NCBI GenBank assembly: GCA_010093745.1
Contig: MU006013.1
Coordinates: 1 to 64,000 of the forward strand
Direction: 5' to 3'
DNA: 64,000 bases
Source of the DNA: Piedraia hortae CBS 480.64
Taxonomy: Eukaryota
Part shown: positions 34,735-46,235 of the stretch, piece after piece
Layout of the letters: each line of letters opens with the position of its first letter
Numbering within the stretch: position 1 is the first letter of the stretch
Notes under the pieces: model-generated
Told to the model about the DNA's origin: nothing
Databases searched by the model: none
Seen by the model: the letters and a program-made list of their open reading frames with translations, nothing else
Translations under genes and position numbers: made by a program

Positions 34735-34888
34735 GGTGTCTATGAAGAAAACAGCGATGAAGGAAGTAGAACAACGCGACTGCCCGCCCGAGCTGGCGGG
34801 CGGAACTATATACGAAAAACAACCGAACTATCTGCGACATCAATATCGATCATGTGCCTCTACAAGCCGAGGCACCGGCAAGGATCGC
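34735..34888 (+). repeat. Repeat family A, copy 3
   Basis: aaaacagcgatgaagg..acaacgcgactgcccgcccgagctggcgggcggaactata..gccgaggcaccggcaaggatcg. Confidence 0.85.
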
Positions 34889-35701
34889 CATCCGCTACTG
34901 CCTAGTAGGTGTCTCGCAGTTGGGATATGTGTTCAGCTTCATGTTGATGCTCTTTGCGCGATGGGTGGGTGGCTTTGCGCTGGGGCATTTGTCAAAAATA
35001 AGTCCACTTGAAACACCAAGGATTGCTATCGCCACATGTGTACTGGGGTGGGGCATTTCATTTACAGTAGAAAGCTAAGTTCACGAGGATCTCGCGACTA
35101 TGTGCCGAGACTTTTCATCTAACTTGTACTTTCATGGGTGAAGAAAGAGAGGTTAGTACATACTATTTTAGACCTGTTTTGCCGCACATGTCAGCTCACC
35201 TGGATTGTCACGATGACAAATTGAAACTAGTGCTACATGAGACAGACCAAGACAGTAGATCTCTCAAGCCACCGACATAATATCCTTCGCTTGACAATTC
35301 TATCGTAACGTATAGTTCGTTATCAGAGGTTGCTTCCTTCTAATGGATGCAAACTATAGAGCGAACGATGCTGGATGTTTTTGGGGTTCTTTCAGGTCTA
35401 AGGTCTTGCTTGGAGATTGTAAGGTGATGATGGAGCGGATGGAAGCTGAAAAGACAGATAGTATGTACGAGTGAGAACGATGGATGGAGAGTAGAGATGT
35501 GTTTTATGAGTGAATACAAGTATGTCTTTGAGGGAACATCAGAGAATATATTCTGGGCTGGAAGACCCGTGCGTAGCCTCGTATGAAGAGTCATCAATTG
35601 TATGACCGTAAGCAAGTGGTTATACATGCAGTAAGACTGTCAGCATGCAGTAAGACTGTCAGCATGCAGTCTTACTTCATGACTCACCTCAAACAGTAGC
35701 A

Positions 35702-35794
35702 GGGCGCATTCACCATGTCGCATGCGACATGACCCTGAGGGAAACCTCTGTGAGGACAAAACCTAAGGTGCAGCTGCTGGTGTAAGAGGTGTCG
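35702..35794. repeat. Older LTR-related fragment; direct repeat of 36144-36238
   Basis: gggcg(c/t)attca..catgtc..gacatgaccctgagggaaa..cctctgtgagg..aaaaccta.ggtgcagctg..gtgta.gaggt.tcgc is present in both places. Confidence 0.75.
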
Positions 35795-35904
35795 CGCAGT
35801 GGCATCGTACACTGATAGCAACGAGACTTCATGCCAACAGAAGCGAAGAGAGAAGGCCTAATTGGGCATAGAAGTCAGGAACTTCACGGGTAGTGATAGA
35901 TATC

Positions 35905-36578
35905 TGTCGGAGGGGTGAACCTCCGAGGACTGTAGAGATTTGGTTCTCGTGGGTGAGAGTGCACAGCGACCCGAAGAGGACGGAGCGATAGACAGAATCA
36001 GGGACTGGAAAGATGTAGATGTATGTGAGTCAAATACCAGTTGCAGTATGGTAGTGTGAATGACTATTGTTTTTTCAATGTGGGGACGTTCAGAATGAAA
36101 ATTCTGCACCGGTGGGCCGGTGACGTCACGTCGTACACTAGCGGGGCGTATTCAACATGTCACATATGACATGACCCTGAGGGAAAACCTCTGTGAGGGA
36201 AAAACCTAGGGTGCAGCTGGTAGTGTAGGAGGTATCGCTGACTTGCTATGCAAGTGCCCTGCATACGCGCTAGCGGCGATGCTTGAATCCAACAAGGACT
36301 AGAGCGGAGTGGATGTCAACGACAAAAGTTTTCACTCAAGTTTTACTGAAAAATGTGTAATGTAGATCTCTATCTCTATGAGGTGAGGTTCAAAATCTCC
36401 CCCACACTACCTCAGTCTAACCGCATTTGCCAGGACAACGTCAGCGAACCATGCCCTTAAGCATGAACGAGACAATGACCCGTCTCAGGGAAAACTTCCT
36501 CTATAGAGGTAAAAACCCTGAGAAGTTTCGACTTCTATCTATGGTTCTGGTCATGGTGGGTGCTACATCCTTTTGACA
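35905..36578. mobile_element. Solo LTR (674 bp)
   Basis: TGTC...GACA termini; flanks ATATC and ATGTC (5-bp TSD with one transition); the copy at 5013-5315 shares both termini. Confidence 0.75.
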
Positions 36579-38026
36579 ATGTCCAACCTTGAGAGTGTAC
36601 CATGTCACTGGCTCAGATGCTGTTTAACAGTCGCACATAATTTGTGTGGCCAAGCCCCAAAGGAGAGTTGCACCCGACACCGCCAGCTCCCAGTCACATC
36701 TGCAAAAGTTCCTCAGAGAGTTCGCAAAGCCTGCGCTCAAAGTGCAGTCTTCGGATTCTCCTATCGCTTTTGCGAACATCACCTCGTAATGGAAGACTAT
36801 GCAAAGGCTAAAGACATTTATTTCGCGATTAATGTCAAAAAATTGGCATTTGTGGTTCTGCTGAACATATTTTTGCCACTCGTAGCTTATTGTCCACTGC
36901 CAGAACTGATTCACGCTATCTGTTGCTTTCCAAACGGGGCTGGGTAACCAAAAAACTGACAAAGCCATCGCCATAGATGGGACTGTGTGGGCAAAAGCAA
37001 CAAGGGTGAGACTGCAAGACCGTATCCAGGATGGCCGGAGAGATTGGATGGTAATCAGAATGCCACGGAGGCGGACGGACCACCGTTCGAGTTCTGAATG
37101 GGTCATGTGCTTGCTGCCTGGGGCGTCATCGAAGGATCGAGGATACTTCAATGCGAAGTGCCCCACCACACTTGTGATTTTCTTGCTGCGACCTGATTTG
37201 CTTTAAATTTCTACACTACACACCCTTCATCGCTTGGAGTAGATCGCACAGGGTATACGCGCCGGGGCTAGGACGGTCTGTTCGATGCACGAATAATTTT
37301 TGGAACTGAATCAAGAACGGGATTCCACCGACGAACACCTCTTTCAGAAATCAAGTCATCAAAAATGCGCTTGTTCAACTGACGAATCAAGCCGCCGCTC
37401 GTGGGGCCACAATGGCTTCTGCACTTACCAATGTAACCCGCAGCAAACTTTCAGCTGATTTGCTTCGTCAAGAAACATCATATCACGCCTGCTAAAGTGC
37501 CATCTGACCGGCAGTTCTCTTTGTCGGACGAGGTACATACCACTTTGTTGAAGATGTCGTCGCATAGCCAAGCACAAGCATTACAGACGGTAATATGAAA
37601 CTTACACGTCAAAGCCCTCTGGAGCGATGAAGCACTCGAGAATTCATCGTTGTCCTGAATAGTGTAAACCAAAATTTTGGCACCAACTGGCGCACTCTGC
37701 TAGCAATGAGGCATCAGTATCTTCATAATGGATTCCATCGGAAATAGAGAGAGATTCGAGGCGTCTATATATTGCGCCGCACCTTTACCAAAGCAGTATA
37801 AGTCAACAGTGGCGAATGCTGATGTTTTTTACGTAAGCGGTAAACGTACAGGTTCGGCTGTGGCAGAAGCGTTGTGGATACCAAAGTGGTATCGAATCTT
37901 CTTTTTCTCTGGAGTGCACCACAAATCAGCTTCGCATTCTTGAACACCAAATTTTGCCACGAGAGACTCATTCAGTACGTATCAGCTCTGCACCACTCTT
38001 CGAGAAATACTAATGTTTGCCAAGCG

Positions 38027-38800
38027 ATGCCGACCCGCCATTCCACTGCTGGCCGCCTCGCGGATGAGGTCTTTGATCTCCTGGAGGATTCCGCGGCAGA
38101 AGCAATCAAATTCGGTGTAGAGGCCGCTACGGCGCATTTCGAGCGCGAGCTTCGCGAGCTGCTCGAGTGTTTGCTTGTAAACGCTTTACACCGTTACGTT
38201 GCTGCATATGTCGTGGATGATCTCAATCAGGCCTTCGACGGCCGCCAAGAAAATCGCACCGTTCGTCAAAGCCTGGAGGGCAAACCGTGGATTGTCGATA
38301 GTACCCCCCATAAGGCAGTCAAGAGTTGGGTAGCCCTCAGGGACGTAAAGCCTTTGCTGGGAAGTCCCGCAACTCGGCTGTCATGGCAGGGCCGTCCACG
38401 TATCGCCCCAAGCTATATTTTTCTCATACCACAGATTCGTCACTGGAGTTTTTTGGGGAGGAGGATGAGTTCCCGGTCCCCACTAGCGCGGAAAACATGT
38501 AGTGCTCTATGGAAGCGATTGCCAAACGTGGCTCAGAAGGCGGTAAGATGGAAGGACTGTCGTGTGTGGGTGTATAACGAGACCGAGGGACTGGCTTGGG
38601 GCCACGAACCTGCCATGCAAATCACGCGGTGGTATCTATTCAAAAGGAACGAGTCGCAGATCAAGCGCACCCTAAGTACACTGGCGGGGGAGCCCTGTGC
38701 GGACAATACCTTCTTCCTGCAGGCTGCAGCGATGAGTTCAAGCCATCGCATAAGTACCCGCAACTTGAAAACCCCCGTAGTACTGCTGCCTCGCGCATAG
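38027..38800 (+). CDS. Lineage-specific hypothetical protein with an acidic helical N-terminus; possibly decaying
   Basis: ATG at 38027 follows a canonical intron at 37975-38024 (gtacgt..ctaat..aag). A paralogous segment lies at ~52672-53200. Confidence 0.4.
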   Translation: MPTRHSTAGRLADEVFDLLEDSAAEAIKFGVEAATAHFERELRELLECLLVNALHRYVAAYVVDDLNQAFDGRQENRTVRQSLEGKPWIVDSTPHKAVKSWVALRDVKPLLGSPATRLSWQGRPRIAPSYIFLIPQIRHWSFLGRRMSSRSPLARKTCSALWKRLPNVAQKAVRWKDCRVWVYNETEGLAWGHEPAMQITRWYLFKRNESQIKRTLSTLAGEPCADNTFFLQAAAMSSSHRISTRNLKTPVVLLPRA

Positions 38801-41800
38801 TGATTGATTGGTGTATGTAAGTGCAGAGGTGAAAGCCAGTCAGGGTACGGTAAGAAAATCGCAAGTGTGATGGGACATTTCTACATGGAAAGATGCACAA
38901 TGCAACAAGCACATGTCAATACTTATACTCAATGTGTTGTCCGTGCACCATCTTGGCATTCAGATCATAATCCAATCGCTCCGACCATTCCACGTGCGCC
39001 CGTCAGCCTTGTTCTTATTTCGGGGCTGTCTTCAGGGCCGTCCTCCGCTCTCCATACCACATCATACTACTAGGTTAGTGTTAATGTTAGTCGGGAGCCA
39101 GTCCCAATAGGGCTAGGGTGACCAGTAACCTCATCTCCTCTAGAGTCTTAGAGAAAAGGGAGCAGCAACAACATTGTCTTTCATGTCACTTCCCATTCCT
39201 ATGTGCACTAGTTAGTAAGGAGATGAAAACTCTGTATGATTGGCCCCAGTGTAGAGCTAGACTCCATTAGGCACTCTAGCGATAAACCCTTCGTCTACAG
39301 TGACTACGGTATGCCGAGACTGGGATTGAGTTCGTGAATCTGGGTAGAATTGGTATTTTCACTGAGGAATAACTATTACGTGTTCGAAGATGGCGTACTT
39401 GACTTTGTGCATCGTGCAACGCGCGCAGATGGTCAGAATCGGTGATAACACGAAGATGAAATTGGGAAGATCACTTGGAAAATTCATCTCATCGGATGCC
39501 GATATACGGGGCCAGGCATTTCGACAAACTCGGACTTGTACTATGTAACCAATGATGAAAATCAGAAGATACACTTTATAAGCCACCGGTATATTGTCGT
39601 ACGCATAAAGATTTATGCACAACAAACAGTCCCGTCATCAGAACTTGGTGGCCGCAGGAGAGGTGTCGTGCGAAAGTTTCCAGAGATTCTGGGGCTTCGT
39701 TCGTGCCATGGGTGTGCTTGAGGAGTGAGCAATATGGATGTTGTTGAGTTGGAGGAGGGTGGCGCATGAAGGTCTACATGACATGTCTGTCAGAAACTGT
39801 CCAAACAGAAGTACAACACAAAGCCCGCAGACGTGCCTTGTTGGTGGTGTGGATCTTGTCTATAGGCCGCGCAGGATGCGTCCGGCCAACCCCGCAAGCT
39901 CCTTCAAACCCTCCCACAGGAGCTTTGCAAAGAGCTTGCGTAGCCTGCAAAGAAGTTTTCGAGTTTAATCACGACACATCAACTCTGAGATGTTGTATAA
40001 AGCACGGGCCGAGCAATTTGGTTGGCTCGGCAAGTAGATTGTCCAGTCCACTGCTCTGCGCACATCAGCACACTTTTACTAGTTCCCTATGCGACAAAAT
40101 ATAGTCATAATATAGTAGGTGCGAAGTGTTGCGTCCGCGCGATACCACAACAAGGAGAGATACCTCTTTTGGTATTATAACTTGGAAGCCACATTGTCCT
40201 CACGAAGGCGCTGAAATGCCATTGCTGCTATCTACCCTCCGTTATTGTATTCTCAACTGGCAAGGATTCATTGCACCTGTCCGACTGGAATTCAGCTTAG
40301 TTTTTGTATATCCGTGGATTGAAGAGGCTTAGCCGCGATTGCCGGTCCACATCACCAAGATCACAAAGGGATGGTAAGTTACAACCAAACGGGCTTCGTT
40401 TGATTGCAAATACGTGGTGGAAAGGTTATAAATCGAAATGAAGCACATGAAGGGAGTACGGAGTGCAATGGAGCGACTCGCAATGGGATGTATCTGGCCA
40501 ACAGATACCCTGAAGTATTTGGATCGTGTCAAACCTGTGCCTGTCACAACATGACAATGATTCGAAAGCCTTCACGTCAAGAATGATATGCGCGAGAATT
40601 CGTGAGCCCCATCACGCCTTGCCAAAACTCAAGGGCGTTGAAATCGATGGCGTAGCGAGGCGTTTGATCGACATGGGGAGACTGCGCCACCATTCGACTC
40701 CCTTGTCATCCTTATCAGTAGGCCATCCCACCGCTTCTTCTGTCATCTTGGAGGTCGAATTCACAACTCCATTGCTGAGTTGTTCCGTTATAGGGTTGGA
40801 GTCGGTAGGCGGAACGGCCCATGCCGCCGCTGATGCGTTACGTTTGCGGTAAATAGTCATTGGAGCTAGACATCATAGGAAGATATCTCAGTCTCGTTTC
40901 CTCCGAGTTGATCTGAGAGTCACCTCTATACTATGTTCTTATCCATGACTCTCTCGCTTCTCATCTTGTACAGGTCTCTGTCAAAGCCAAGAGTTGCTGT
41001 CACGTCGCGGACCATGCTATCCTTATGACTGTGTTGTGCCTTACGGAAAAACTAACTACGCTATGGGCTGGAGGTGAGGTGTCGGGTCACGTGGCTGCGA
41101 TATGGTTCCGTGACAGTTGCCACCTCACACAATTGCTTATATGATGCTTTAACCTACTGTAATAATGGTGGACACCGGAACGGAAAGCGAAAGAGAAGCT
41201 CCAATGTCTTACCTTTTGTGGCAGATACATCCATACATGGTCAAACTCGAGACGTCACAGAAGCCTTGTGTTGATTGTCATGAAGTGATAGACTGGCTTT
41301 CCAGAAGGGTATACTAATGTAATCAGATGTTTTGGACGATGAATGGACTCGTACCTAACTTTGACGATCCCAAAAATCATGTTCGTACATCAACAAGCAG
41401 CCCTTCTTTCTTCCAAACGTTGGCTAAGCGCACATCTTCAAGTATAGAAATTTTGCGACTACCGTAAACTGGAGCCCATGTATAGGTGCAGGCTTCGCCT
41501 GGGAAATGGCAGCCTAGTTAAAGTGAACAGCACCTTGAACGTTTCCATCTGCTTTCACGGAGTCGGAGTGCAAAGCATAAAAGCAGGACAAGCCTCAGGT
41601 CAGAAAGGCCTTCGCACAGTTCTATAGAGGATTCAATTGTCTGTGACTTAAGCGAGAAAACGATATCAGTGGATTCGTAGGCAAGGGAGTTTAGTCAGCT
41701 GCAGTTTGCCTGGGCATCATCAGTCCGCCCACGTATTCGCGCGATTGAATTGGGCTTCTTCGACACCGCCCAAGCCTACCGGCAATACGCTTCGAACACG

Positions 41801-42889
41801 CTCTTAAAAAACTTTCTCCCAGAATCAAGTCACATGGCCTCAAGTGCCGTGGAAAGTCGCTTCAACTAACAAGCACATCAATCTGCGACCTAAAGGCGGA
41901 TATGCAATCACCCAACGATTCAACTGCTCCCCTCGGGAATGAATCTAGGGAGCTGGATCAGTTGAGGACCCCTTCGCCAAATTGGTTTCTATGTGGGCAG
42001 CATGACATCTCTCTTTTGCGGAGTTGTTCATCATGCCGAACAAAAGAGACCGTGGCAAGACGATATATATTCTACAGAGACGATGTTGACTACATTGTTA
42101 GCGTTGGTGGCAAAAGCGATGTGAGTGAGCACGTCGATGACGTTGGATGACGATGTCGCGCGTAAATGTCGTGTAATATGCGATGCGTCGCGTATCTACG
42201 GCCCCGCCAAGTTACGTCAAGCTTGCTGAACTACGATACGGCGGAACGACAGATTGCGGGGACAAGTGACAATCAATCAAGCCCCACCAATTCTCGCCGA
42301 GGTAAGGTGGCCCAAAAAGCGGGAAGAATTCTAGATTTCCGGTGGCTTGGACTACCAACTTGGGGTGTCCCGCCGGGGGTGGGGAAGCATGTAAGGTATT
42401 AGCCAATATCGTGTGGGTCCCAAGCCACGTGGAGCGGAGGCAATGTGCATTGCATGCATTGTCGATCTTTCTGATGCGGAGGTGCAGTCAGAACGGGCGA
42501 CCAACGCCGCTCAGGTTGTGGACGCTGCCCGGTCCGATGAACAGCGAGCGGCAGTCTTGGCAAACGCTCTCGGGAAGTGATCGTTCCCCTAATTGTGTCA
42601 CATGACACGAAACGCGCGTGACTGGCGAATGTTGTGGCTCAAGGCCCCGTCAGAGGCGTCCAGCCAATAGGAGGCCTCGCTCTCGCCACGCGCGTGAACC
42701 CATCAACACATCCAAAGCACACATCGTTCTTAACAACGAATCGCTCTGTCCTGCTCGCTGCTTCCAACGTTCATACTCCTAGCACACTTCCACGCTCATC
42801 TGCTGTCCGAGATGTGAGTGGTTCCGTGTCCGATGAGGGTAGATGGTTGATGGATTGACACTGTCAGACACCGCTTCGACAAAGGAATA

Positions 42890-43849
42890 ATGGCTGCCGT
42901 CTCTGCTCTGACCATGGCCCTGGCTGCCGCCCCTGTCGCCTCCGTCACCACCGATGTGTCCATGACCGGCACCGCTTCCGCTGCTGCCCCCGACCGTGAC
43001 GCCGAAAACACGACCATGGCCAAGGAGGAGACTGCCCCTAGTGAAGGCCAGCCCCTTAGCAAGGGTGCCTTGAGCGGGCTCACCTCTGCCGCGGCCATCA
43101 CTCCCGCCATGCTGGCCCATTACTACCTGCCGGGCATTATGCTTGGGGCCGGGCCGCAGCCAATCCGCTTCCTCATGGGCGAGCTGACGCACTCGGTGCC
43201 GGGATTTTCGCGCATCCCGCCCGCTAAGGCTCGTCGCATTATTGTTGCCGCACTTGAAGGACGTGGTTGTGGAGGGCTGGACGGCAGCGTTGTTTTCTTC
43301 AAGACGGGCTGGGGCCGGTGGGACGCGCGCATCAAAGACTCGCCGCAGCGAGATTCGGCGCTCGGCTGTTCGTGCTCCTTCAATGATAGTCATCTGTCTC
43401 CGCCACGCCGCAGCAGCAACTGTAGCGACATGGCATTCTCCCACGCTGATTCGACCATGACTAAAAGCTGCCGCTGCCATGCGGAGCCCAGCAAGTCGCC
43501 AAGTGTGTACAACCACGATGACGAGGGCATGTGGGTGCCGGAGCACGAGGCCGACAAGATGTCTATGGACGACGGATCGTTTGTGATAGACAATGCCGCC
43601 GACACCGACGAAGACGCGACCGACGAGGAGTTAGCGGCTCGTTCTCTGTCCAAGAGACGATCGTCACCGCCACTCTCGACTAGGCGGTTAGACTACAACA
43701 AAATCAGCCGCGATCATGCCCGGCGCTGGGGCCCTCAACCTTGGACTTGTCGGACGTCGCACTCGGGGTCGTCGGCCAGGCGCACCATATTGCGGGCGAC
43801 GCCCGAGGAACATGCGGCGGCCACGGCACTTTTAAGCCTGTCAATGTGA
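42890..43849 (+). CDS. STB3: Stb3-like Sin3-binding (RRPE-binding) protein
   Basis: ITPAMLAHYYLPGIMLGAGPQPIRFLMGELTHSVPGFSRIPPAKARRIIVAALE..FFKTGWGRWDA; C-terminal EEHAAATALLSL. Confidence 0.85.
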   Translation: MAAVSALTMALAAAPVASVTTDVSMTGTASAAAPDRDAENTTMAKEETAPSEGQPLSKGALSGLTSAAAITPAMLAHYYLPGIMLGAGPQPIRFLMGELTHSVPGFSRIPPAKARRIIVAALEGRGCGGLDGSVVFFKTGWGRWDARIKDSPQRDSALGCSCSFNDSHLSPPRRSSNCSDMAFSHADSTMTKSCRCHAEPSKSPSVYNHDDEGMWVPEHEADKMSMDDGSFVIDNAADTDEDATDEELAARSLSKRRSSPPLSTRRLDYNKISRDHARRWGPQPWTCRTSHSGSSARRTILRATPEEHAAATALLSLSM

Positions 43850-44854
43850 GCTGAGCGGTATCGTCATCGTGCACGCTCAGCTATAAAGCACGATGCCCGC
43901 CCTCTTTTCTTCTCAACATGATACCCACACTTTTTCTCTCATCAGTTTCGTCACTGGGCACCAGCTTCTACTTCCGATTCAAGTGCTGAAAGGAAGCCAA
44001 CGAAGACCTGGACTGAAAAGGGTGGCGTTTATGTAGTTTGCACTTTTTTCCTCAGGGAGCGCTGGGTGGGGGGTGGGGCGGGTGGGGTGGTATGCAATAA
44101 GGATTATTACATGTATGATGCGATATTCTCACCGAGGCAAGTGTCAGGAACTCAATCTCAGTTTCAGTCACGTGGCTTCGGTACGGCCCGCTCGGCACGG
44201 CCCGTGAAATCTACATCACCGAGACAGCCACCCTTTTGCTCTTCACGTGTTGTTCTAATCTTTTAGGCAGTATAGCGTAACGCACACCTCAAAGCTCCGT
44301 CCCTTGTGCCCACCAGCCTTTTGGGTCTGACAGCAAGTCTGGTGGTTGAACCCTTGTCCAACTAAGCCTCAAAATAACAATTTTCCGGCTGGCCCCAACC
44401 AACACCAGGCCAACGACTCGCCTGCATGAATCTGATATGCTTGTGGAAGTCTTCTGTTGATTGGACCATGGCAATGTATTTGAAACGGGCATCTTAACGA
44501 GGAGAAGAGGCCGGGTTGGAAGTGGTCATTGGACCGTGGCTTCGCAACCTTTACGCCCTGGTGGACGCAGGGTTTGACAGTCCGATCTTTGGCAGTTTTT
44601 AAAAAAGACATTGATGACTTTTCGGTCTAGCTAACATACACATCAGCCTTTCAAGCGAATTGCTCCGCATGTATTAACAGACACAAAAGACAGCAACATC
44701 TAAACAATAAGAAAATCACTTGTCCCAGCGCCACGCCATTCCTTGCCCTTCGCAAGATCCACGCCGAAGCGGTAATGGAACGTCGAACAGAGAGGATTGT
44801 CATTGATGAAAAAAAAAATAGAGCGATCGCAAATGCAATTACAAGCAGACTGAC

Positions 44855-45101
44855 TTAACGACCGCGGTTGCCACCGTCACCGTTCCCGTTCCCGTTCCCA
44901 TTGCCGTTGCCGTTGCCGTTGCCGTTTCCATTGCCATTGCTGCCGCCGTTGTTGGGTGGGGGAGCAGGCTGCGGCTGTGGAGGAGGAACTCCTGTAGCAT
45001 ACAGGTTAGAATCCCCAGTGACTAGTCATGGACGGTCTCTTACCCGTCATATCGTAGCAGCCGCGCTGGACAGTGTCCATGGGGGATTGAGTGGAATGCA
45101 T
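44855..45101 (-). CDS. Spliced 64-aa microprotein; exons 45101-45044 and 44991-44855
   Basis: Intron gtaaga..ctaac..cag at 45043-44992 joins MHSTQSPMDTVQRGCYDMT to GVPPPQPQPAPPPNNGGS(NG)10DGGNRGR*. A 5'-UTR intron lies at 45172-45112 and TATATAA at 45278-45272. Confidence 0.75.
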
Positions 45102-46235
45102 TGTTTCTGAACTAAAACATCAGGCCTGGTATTTTGGTGATTGTGCTGTTGCACAAGGGAGGGGATGTCTACCTGTAAGGAGGTTGTAGTGGTATGTGTC
45201 GAGGGACAAGTGTGGATGAGAAAGAGGTTGTATGAAGGTTGCTGATGAGTGAATGAGAGTGGGAACCTCGATTATATACCAAAAGTTGACCAAACCCAGG
45301 GGCTCGAACCGGGACAGCACTTGACTCCCCGTTCCAGCGTGAGGCCGAACGGAAAGTGAAGGGTTTCAACTCTCATCGAGTCCCCATTTGGCGTACGGCG
45401 CGGGCCGGTGGAAACAGCTGCGGCGTCACCCGAAAAGGGAACATGAGGAACGCCAGAACGTCCGAGAGGGGCAACGGTGGCGCGTTTTGAGAAGCGGCCA
45501 TTGGCTCTCCAAAGCGGGTTCCTGCATTGACCTCTTGGCTGGTTCGGGAATCCTACCGACAGAGCGGCGCGTACCCCACTATCCGTAACGTTTGGCTTGG
45601 AATTGCCAACGATCGGGTCGTTTGGCGTGCGCCGCTGACGTCGGCCAACGGCAGGAAGGGCGGGTTGTTTGCTTGGAATGAGACTCTAACAGGTGTTGAA
45701 ACTCGGAAATTATTGCTTTGATTGGACCTGTGCGTTTCGCTGGCCGAATTCGAGAAGTCGATCATACCAGGCAGACTATTGTTCCGTCGTCCTGATCTCC
45801 CTTCTCGAATTTCCATCGAAAGCCCAAATCCTGTATCAGACGAACCACCACAGCAGTCAACCGGCTTCGAAACCTGCTGTGAACCCTTCAACTTCCTTTT
45901 GGCCCCACCTGCTGCCAGACATCCTGGTGGGTAGCTGATTGTGGCTGTTTGCACAGCAACCAAACTGCTGACACAATTTGGAGCCGGGTCTTGACAGGGA
46001 TCCCGCTGTGTGACCACAGTGCAAATTGTTGCGGTCATGGAAAGGGCAATGCCATCGGTTTTCACCACCGAGTGACTACGTTGGTGCCAGATCAGCTACA
46101 TGTACCCAAGCATTAGGCTATCTGGCATCTCAGGTTGGCGATTAAGCACTATGGAGCCCCACCTGTCGACCAGCCGAGGCCGTTGATAGCCGCCTGTAAG
46201 TCATGCTACCCCACACCCCTCACCTCGCCAAGAAC

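Noticed and set aside
35625..36240. Repeats considered as a CRISPR-like array
   Set aside because: Eukaryotic context, no regular repeat-spacer period, no cas genes; better explained as LTR relics.
36573..37672. FCEHH and TCKFH fragments suggestive of MULE transposase
   Set aside because: Too short, on opposite strands, and without a supporting DDE context.
38000..38280. Minus-strand reading (KQTLEQLAKLALEMRR) of the duplicated segment
   Set aside because: Contains stops; the canonical intron and ATG favour the plus strand.
39100..42800. Many short ORFs
   Set aside because: No recognisable domains or consistent splicing; treated as intergenic or decayed sequence.
44868..45110. Plus-strand ORF MPPSPFPFPFPLPLP
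   Set aside because: Antisense shadow of the (NG)n microprotein exon, with a non-ATG start.
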